A model generated the notes under the pieces. That model searched no databases. It saw only the letters and a list, made by a program, of their open reading frames with translations, and was not told the DNA's origin. Both the position numbers and the translations under genes were made by a program. Positions 57,423-64,000 of a DNA stretch of 64,000 nt are shown here, piece by piece. The stretch lies in the NCBI GenBank assembly GCA_013239625.1, contig MU053758.1, positions 3,225,854-3,289,853 on the forward strand, in the 5' to 3' direction. The stretch comes from Lama guanicoe. Taxonomy: Eukaryota. Every line of letters begins with the position of its first letter. Position 1 is the stretch's first letter.

Positions 57423-58627
57423 TCCTTTACTTTCATCTAGGCCCCAGGGATCATTATCTGGCACAGGTTATTATAAAGTTTTAAAAGTTAAGTAAGATTG
57501 TGATAGGGTACCATCAGCTGTGGTAGGGTCTTAATTACCAAAGAACCATTAACTATAGAAATACATATTTTATCTCACCATAGCAAAACACTGTGTTATT
57601 TTAAAAAGTATATTATCCTGGTACCTTCTCTGGTCTTACCATGATTAGGACATCTGTTCATTATCTTGAACAATAACATAAATATTGACTGATTCCTTTA
57701 TTTAACATGTATACCTACTATGTTTGGTGTTCAATGCTGAATGCAAAAATAGAGACCCGATGCTAAAAATGCAGAGGTGAAAAATATATGGTTACAATTT
57801 TTGAGAAAAGTATGGTCAGGACCAGACAGGGGCTAGGTCTTGTTTCACCTTCTGTACCAAGGAGTTTGGAATGAATCCTAAGTGGAAGGCAGAAGGCAAC
57901 ATAAGCAGGTTTAAATAAAAAAGGAAGGCCAACTACAAGGTTAGGACAGTGGTCCACGTGGGAAGGATGAAGGCAGTGGGATGGAAAGAAGTCGAAGAGG
58001 ATATGGTCACTGATTGAATTTGGAGAATAAGGAGAAAGGGCGAATTGGGGATGACTCTTAGGTAATTGATTTCAGATGCTGGGAATTCCATGATATTAAC
58101 TAAGATAGGGAATATAGGAGGAGAAAGAGACTGAGTTTAGTCCAGCTGAGTTTTAGGGATTAGTGGAATACCTCATCTGAAGATAGGAGTTGTGAACGTT
58201 TAGAATAAGTACATGGAACTGGGAAAAATACCTGACAAGCAATGAGTGAAGGGATTGTCAGGAAGAGCTGAGGGCCCAGCTGTCATTTGTAATGACATTC
58301 ACATGCATTTTTGGAAGTTATCCTGTTCTAGGAAGCAGGAAGAGGATGCTCAGGCTGATGTGCATTTGAGATTTGAAGACAAGTTCAGAAGAAGGAAAAA
58401 GTAGTGAGGGAGTTTGGTGCTCTTCAGAAAACACTTGAGGTGATTGACCATACGGTCATATATAAAGAAGGAAGTAAGACCAGAGGGACAGATACAGTGA
58501 AGAAAGACAGAAGTTGAGTCATTGGGCATCTTTATGAGGACATGGAGCAGGAGATTGACAGAGATGAAGGACGGTGGGTTAAAGTTGGACAGTAGAAGCC
58601 AGAGTTTAGAATTTTAAAGTAGATACA

Positions 58628-58719
58628 TGGGTGGGAGGTATTGCTCAGTGATAGATTGCATGCTTGGCATGCACAAAGTCCTGAGTTCAACCCTCAGTAC
58701 CTCCGTTAGGGGGAAAAAT
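58628..58719 (+). mobile_element. Vic-1-like SINE
   Basis: gctcagtgatagattgcatgcttggcatgcac...gagttcaaccctcagtacctcc; TAGATACA on both flanks. Confidence 0.8.
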
Positions 58720-60359
58720 TAGATACAACCCCAGATCTTGAGACATTGACTGACCCAAGAGTCATTGGAGTAGGAAGGTTATTAGCTGAAATGTTCAGTG
58801 GACCATCTACATAGCCATGAAGTCTCCCATGACGGCAGGAGATGGGAGAGAACGGACTATGAGCCAGGTGCCAAAGTCCTTGGATGATGGGAGGGTGTGG
58901 TGAGGGGCAGTTGGATGGCATTAGCCTCAAAAGAAGAGTTTTAGCTTAAGAATGAAATGACGTAAACTGGATGTGGTCTTGAGGAGCAAGAGAATATGGA
59001 TTCAGCCTTGAAGTCCGTCTGTTACATATGTTGTAGTGGAGTTGGGGAAAGGATGGGGAGGGAGGTAGAAGGGGACATGGGGATGGAGATAGGGGATGAA
59101 TGATCAGTTTCAGGTAGAAAAAGTTGCTAGGCCAATTCCGGAGAAAGGCACATTAAGTGTAATGATATAAAAAATATCTTTTCAATTGAACCCCAGAAAC
59201 AAACAATTTGCTCAGACTCATCAGGCACTTGCCAGGTGAAGATAGCGCATAGGTTCAAGGTGATGTTGAGAGTCTGGCATCATGAACTTACACATCAAAT
59301 GAGTACCTACTTTATGTATTGCCATCCATAGTCTTAAAATGCTGTGAGGATTGGAAAATTATCTTTTAATGAAGTTATTGAATTATTGAAATTGAAATAT
59401 AGTTGAATTAGAATATTTAAAAATATAGAGAATTGTGACTCTCTTCAGTATCTAATCATTAACTATAAATAACAATAACTAGACAAGTAATTGATGTAAC
59501 AGACCTATATCCTGCATATGTAAAGAAAATATTTCCGAAGGAACGTCTTGTGACAAAAAAAAAAAAAAAGAGATTTCTTTTTAAACGCGTAAGTTTATGT
59601 AAGTGGTTCCTCCTATTCAGGCAGCATCACCCCTGGCAACCCCACGTAACTACACCTGCCCCTGCCCTTCTATTTCCACCAGGAGGCAGCCCTCACCTGC
59701 AAATGGATGTTGTTTGAGGCTGAACCTCCACTTCAGCCTGGGTCTCACATGCCCTCAGCTGGAAATTATTAAAACCCCGATAAGAAGCAATTTCAACATT
59801 GATCTTTTCAAAGTCCAGAGCACGATGAATATAAAGACAAAATTTCCTCACGTTTATATCAAGTTCTACAGCTTCCAAAGGGATTTCTAGTATATTATCT
59901 TATTTGAACCTTATAATGAATCTGGGAATTAGGCAGAGAGGTTTCCTTCCTCTGGTTTAAAGACAAGGAAACTGAAGAAAAGGACTGTTCAAGGATACAC
60001 AGCATCAGACCGGGCGAATCAGGCTAGAACAAGCCTTGTGATTCAGTGTGGTTCCTTTTAATGTACATAATTATCTTTAAGTCAGGTAGAAAAGTAAAAC
60101 TCAGACAATGCAACAGTCTTCAAGGAAAAACAAACATATTTCTTACCAAATTCTTTTCCGAACATCTAGTTAATAGCAAAATGAAACTTTTGATCACAGT
60201 TATGTAGCCTATCAGCCTATGCCATTCATTCTTTTTGTTTGTTTTGTTTATTCAGGAAATATTTAATGAGTGCCTACTATACACCTGGCACTGTACTTGT
60301 GTGTGTGTGGGCGGTGGGGAGGATAGAGTAGGGAAGAAAATAGATGCCTTCTAAGCTCT

Positions 60360-60712
60360 TATTGTGAATAATGCTGATTTGAACCTGCCATGGGCAAATA
60401 TCTCTTCCAGACCCTGATTTCAGTTCTTTTAGCTACATACCCAGAAGTAGAATTGCTGGGTCATATGGTAAATCTGTTTTTAATTTTTTAAGGCGCCATC
60501 ATACTGCTTTCTGCAGCAGCTACACCATTTTACGTTTCCACTAACAGAGCACAGAGGTTCCAATTTCTCCATATCCTTGCCAACACTTGCTACTTTGTTT
60601 TTTTGATAGTAGCTATATACTAATGGATGTGAAGTGGCATCTCACTGTAGTTTTGATTTGCATTTCCCTAATGATGAGTGAGGTTGAGTATCTTTTCACG
60701 TTCCTATTGGCA
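60360..60712 (-). mobile_element. Old L1M fragment
   Basis: cccagaagtagaattgctgggtcatatgg...gttttgatttgcatttccctaatg. Confidence 0.8.
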
Positions 60713-62711
60713 ACACCCAACTTGGTTTTATCTTTACAACAACTTGTTTGATCTATCAAGATGCATTTTGGTACCATGCTTTTTCTAGTCTTTCCTTCAG
60801 ATTTCTGACTTTATGAAACCTTATGGAGGCTCTGTAGATTGAAATTTTTAATGAGAGTTCCTCTTGCATATCTTGGTCATGGTTCAGCTAACCTTTGAAC
60901 CCATTTATTTACGCTTTTCTGGAATTTCTTCTGAGATAACTTATTCTGTGTAGAAAAGGTTAATTAAAAGCTTAAGTATGTGATCTTTTTTCTTTGTTAA
61001 AATCTTGAAGGACAAAACTATTTTCAGAACACTACCCAAATTCTTCCCTGTGGTAATGTCCTATGTTTATACCAACTCAAAACAATTCCTTTCTCTCCTA
61101 ACTGGTATTAGGCTGGAAAGACCTTTTGCTCTGTGTTAGGATGTGGATGATGTTTTTGTTTAATCTAGGGACTGAGGAGTGATGTAACAACTCAAAGAGT
61201 CCTTCTTTTGGCATGGCTTTTTCTGTGGGATGACCTGGATCAAAAAGTATCCTTCAAAAAAAAAATCCTTCATACCTAGTTTCCAGACTGGTTTTATTTC
61301 TGTTGTGATGACTTTTTTCTCTTTGCCACCCGAGGACACAGCTTAGATAGTTTGCATGATGATCAGGGCGACCACAGTTGCAGCTTTCAGGGATGGTCAA
61401 CTATCTCAGATCTTTGGGGAAATCGTCTGGTCCTTCCCATTTAACTTTCACAAATCTCTTGCTAGGTTTTATTGGACCTCAGGTTCACTGGACTAGATTA
61501 GTCACAATCCTTTGTGACACACTGGAATTCAGTTTTGTAACCCCAGGACAGCAACTTGACCTTGTTCTCTGCCTCTTGGCGGACCACATTAATGCATACC
61601 TATTCTAAAAAGTTTCTGTGATGCTCATGGCCATTTTTGGAGAACCTAAGTTATTTAGCCAGTAGCGTATTTCTTTGAAGATGAACAAAATACTTTTTCT
61701 TCAGTATCTCCTTATTTTTCTAAGGGCTGTATAGGTATTAACTCATTTTATCCCCACAGTAATCTCACACGAAGTCATTATTATCCCTGTGGTATAGATA
61801 AGAACACTGAGACTTAGGAGTGTTCAAGTAACTTGTCCAAAAGTTACATGATTTGTAAATGCCTGGGCCCAGATATGAAGTCCAGGAATCACTGACTTTG
61901 AAATGCACACTTACAACCACAAATGAGCTCTTTCCCTAACTCCCACTCTCAATGTACAAGATAGATGGGAAATCCTGGATGAACCTTATTTAGTTAAACT
62001 TACTCAAGCTGTTTCCCCTATAAAGCTGACCACAACAAAGTTACTTCTCCACGCCGAAGCAAAATATCAAGTTGTTATGGACATCAAGGTCAGGGTGCAA
62101 AGCTTTAAGGTCTTCAGCGGCACAAGTCAAAATCTTCGGAGCAACAGGCTTTTACAGTTTTGTATGATTTCACCTGAGTGTCAACATTGACTCTGCTAGT
62201 CTCATTGGACGCTGTCCTGCTTAAATAGCAGGACTCTGTAACAACCTTAGAATCTGTGAGAATGTATGATTAATAGCTATATGATAAGTCTGTGTAGTAA
62301 AAATAGTGACCTGTGCAGCTAGTAATTTTTTAAACTATGAATACCAGTGTCCTTGTTAAAATCAAACTGCTTGTTTAGACAAACTATCTTGATTAAACTG
62401 TAGTTTCAGAGTTCAGTCAAGAAAGTATCCCCCTCCCCAGTTTTACTGAAATATAATTGACACACAGCACTGTATAAGTCTAAGGTGTATAGCATGATGA
62501 CCTGACATACATATATTGAGAAATAATGATCACAATCAGATTAGTTAACATCCATCGAGAAAGTAGTTCTTGATCAGAGAGATACTAGTTACTTTATCAG
62601 AGAGTAATATAAATGTTTAAAGATATTAGAGGATTGAAAAGGGAAGACAGGACCATCATGATTCAGACATTTCAGGAATGAAGGTTTTGGTCTCCACCCA
62701 ACCAGGTAAAT

Positions 62712-63262
62712 TGTTGCAGAAAAATGTGTTACACCTCAGTGTTACAGCTCAGTTGTGACAGCAACCTGGATCCAGGTGAGAGACCAAGCAGCACTCAGGG
62801 AGTTGGAGAACTCAGATTTATTACGCCAGCAGGCCCAGAAGAGTTAACACTCCAAGCTCTGGACCCCGTCTGTAGGTTTACACAGGCTTTTATAGGCTGC
62901 CAGTTTACACTTTGCAACATCATATGCAAATAAGGTATAACAAAAGTTGACTAATTAGGAACAAGCTTTGTATAAAATGGACCAATCAGGAGGAAGAGAA
63001 ATAACCAATCAGGAGTGAACTCCATGCAAATGAAGTACTACAAATGGACCAATCAGGAGTGAGGGAAATGGACCAATCAGGAGTTAGCTCAGGAAACCAA
63101 TAGAATTTTAGAGGTAAGTTCCACTTTCCTAGAAGCAAGCCCTTTCAGAGGCAAAAAGTGAGATAGAGTCACTGGGCCAGGGAACTGGATAGTGCTGGGA
63201 GGAGAGTAGTGGCCCTACCTGGGGGTCCTGTGGGTCTTTTTTTAATGGGGCCTCCCACCTCA
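62712..63262 (-). mobile_element. ERV1-class solo LTR (551 bp) with a CCAAT repeat array
   Basis: TG...CA termini, TSD AAAT (62708-62711, 63263-63266), minus-strand TATAAAA at about 62890 and AATAAA at about 62820, 4x ACCAATCAGGAG. Confidence 0.82.
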
Positions 63263-64000
63263 AAATAACTGACTAGCTGAGACCCTGGCTTGGAATACAT
63301 TAACTATTTCATAATAACATATTTATTTGTCTCAAATTAGTGTTATGGAATATGAAAACACTTACTTATTCAGAGTAATGAGAATGGCCATCTCAGATTA
63401 TGAACAATACTCTAGGTCCCAGGGATTTGGTTAACTTTGTTAGATAGTAACTATTTTAGAAGAATGTTTTTGAATAGCAGTCAGTATATACATAGTAGAA
63501 GCTCAAAGAGTCCTTACCCAGTAACATGTTTCAGGGCTTTACTAGGCGGCATGTTGGGACTTCAACAGACTGGTCCCCTAAAAGGATGGCTGGTATACAT
63601 AGAAAAAGACATGTGAACTAAAGCATAGAGTCTCTGAACTGTGGTAATATTTGGTGCGAGGTAGGTCCCAGAGTTTTCACTATAGAGAAGTCCATTCACA
63701 TTGAAATGGGGTTTCAGTCATCAGTTTGGGGTACAAGAGGATAGGGTTTACCCAGGAGTCCCAGTCAAGTAGCCTGGGGACTAGGTTTCAGGTCCTCGGG
63801 AGAACTGGAGCTCAAATCAAGAAGGATACTGAAGAAGTCTGCTAGTTTGTGGACATAGGTAATTCAGGAACCTATCAGAGAACACAATGTAGTCTTGGGG
63901 CACCGAATAACTCCAACATTAGCTACCCTATATCCTAGCAGAGTAGGAGGTAATGTCAATTACGTTCTTATTGGCTGAAGGATGTGATTGGATTGACCTT

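Noticed and set aside
62059..62100. Plus-strand AKYQVVMDIKVRVQ resembling keratin EYQxLMDIKxRLE
   Set aside because: Short, opposite strand to the cluster, and lacks EIATY or a splice context; probably chance.
62979..63101. Spaced repeats as a CRISPR-like array
   Set aside because: Mammalian LTR enhancer repeats of about 12 bp with short related spacers and no cas genes.

Overview
Mammalian genomic DNA, most likely camelid (many copies of a tRNA-Ala-derived Vic-1-like SINE). It contains the inner-root-sheath type I keratin cluster: four intact 8-exon genes on the minus strand in the order KRT25 (450 aa), KRT26 (475 aa), KRT27 (460 aa) and KRT28 (464 aa). I assembled all 32 exons by hand with GT-AG boundaries and consistent phases. 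Left of KRT25 is a decayed type I keratin exon-1 remnant (KRT223P/KRT24-like) with the 5' end of an L1 just 3' of it. The rest is L1, SINE, LTR, MIR and DNA-transposon sequence. I found no wholly new biological system. The best leads are exon-specific mosaic gene conversion among the paralogues, a shared fixed-spacing promoter module, a proline in KRT25 coil 2, an intact but drifting KRT26, keratin pseudogene remnants, a CCAAT-array LTR upstream of KRT28, and several informative retrotransposition structures. Repeat family names and human comparisons are from recall and were not checked by search.
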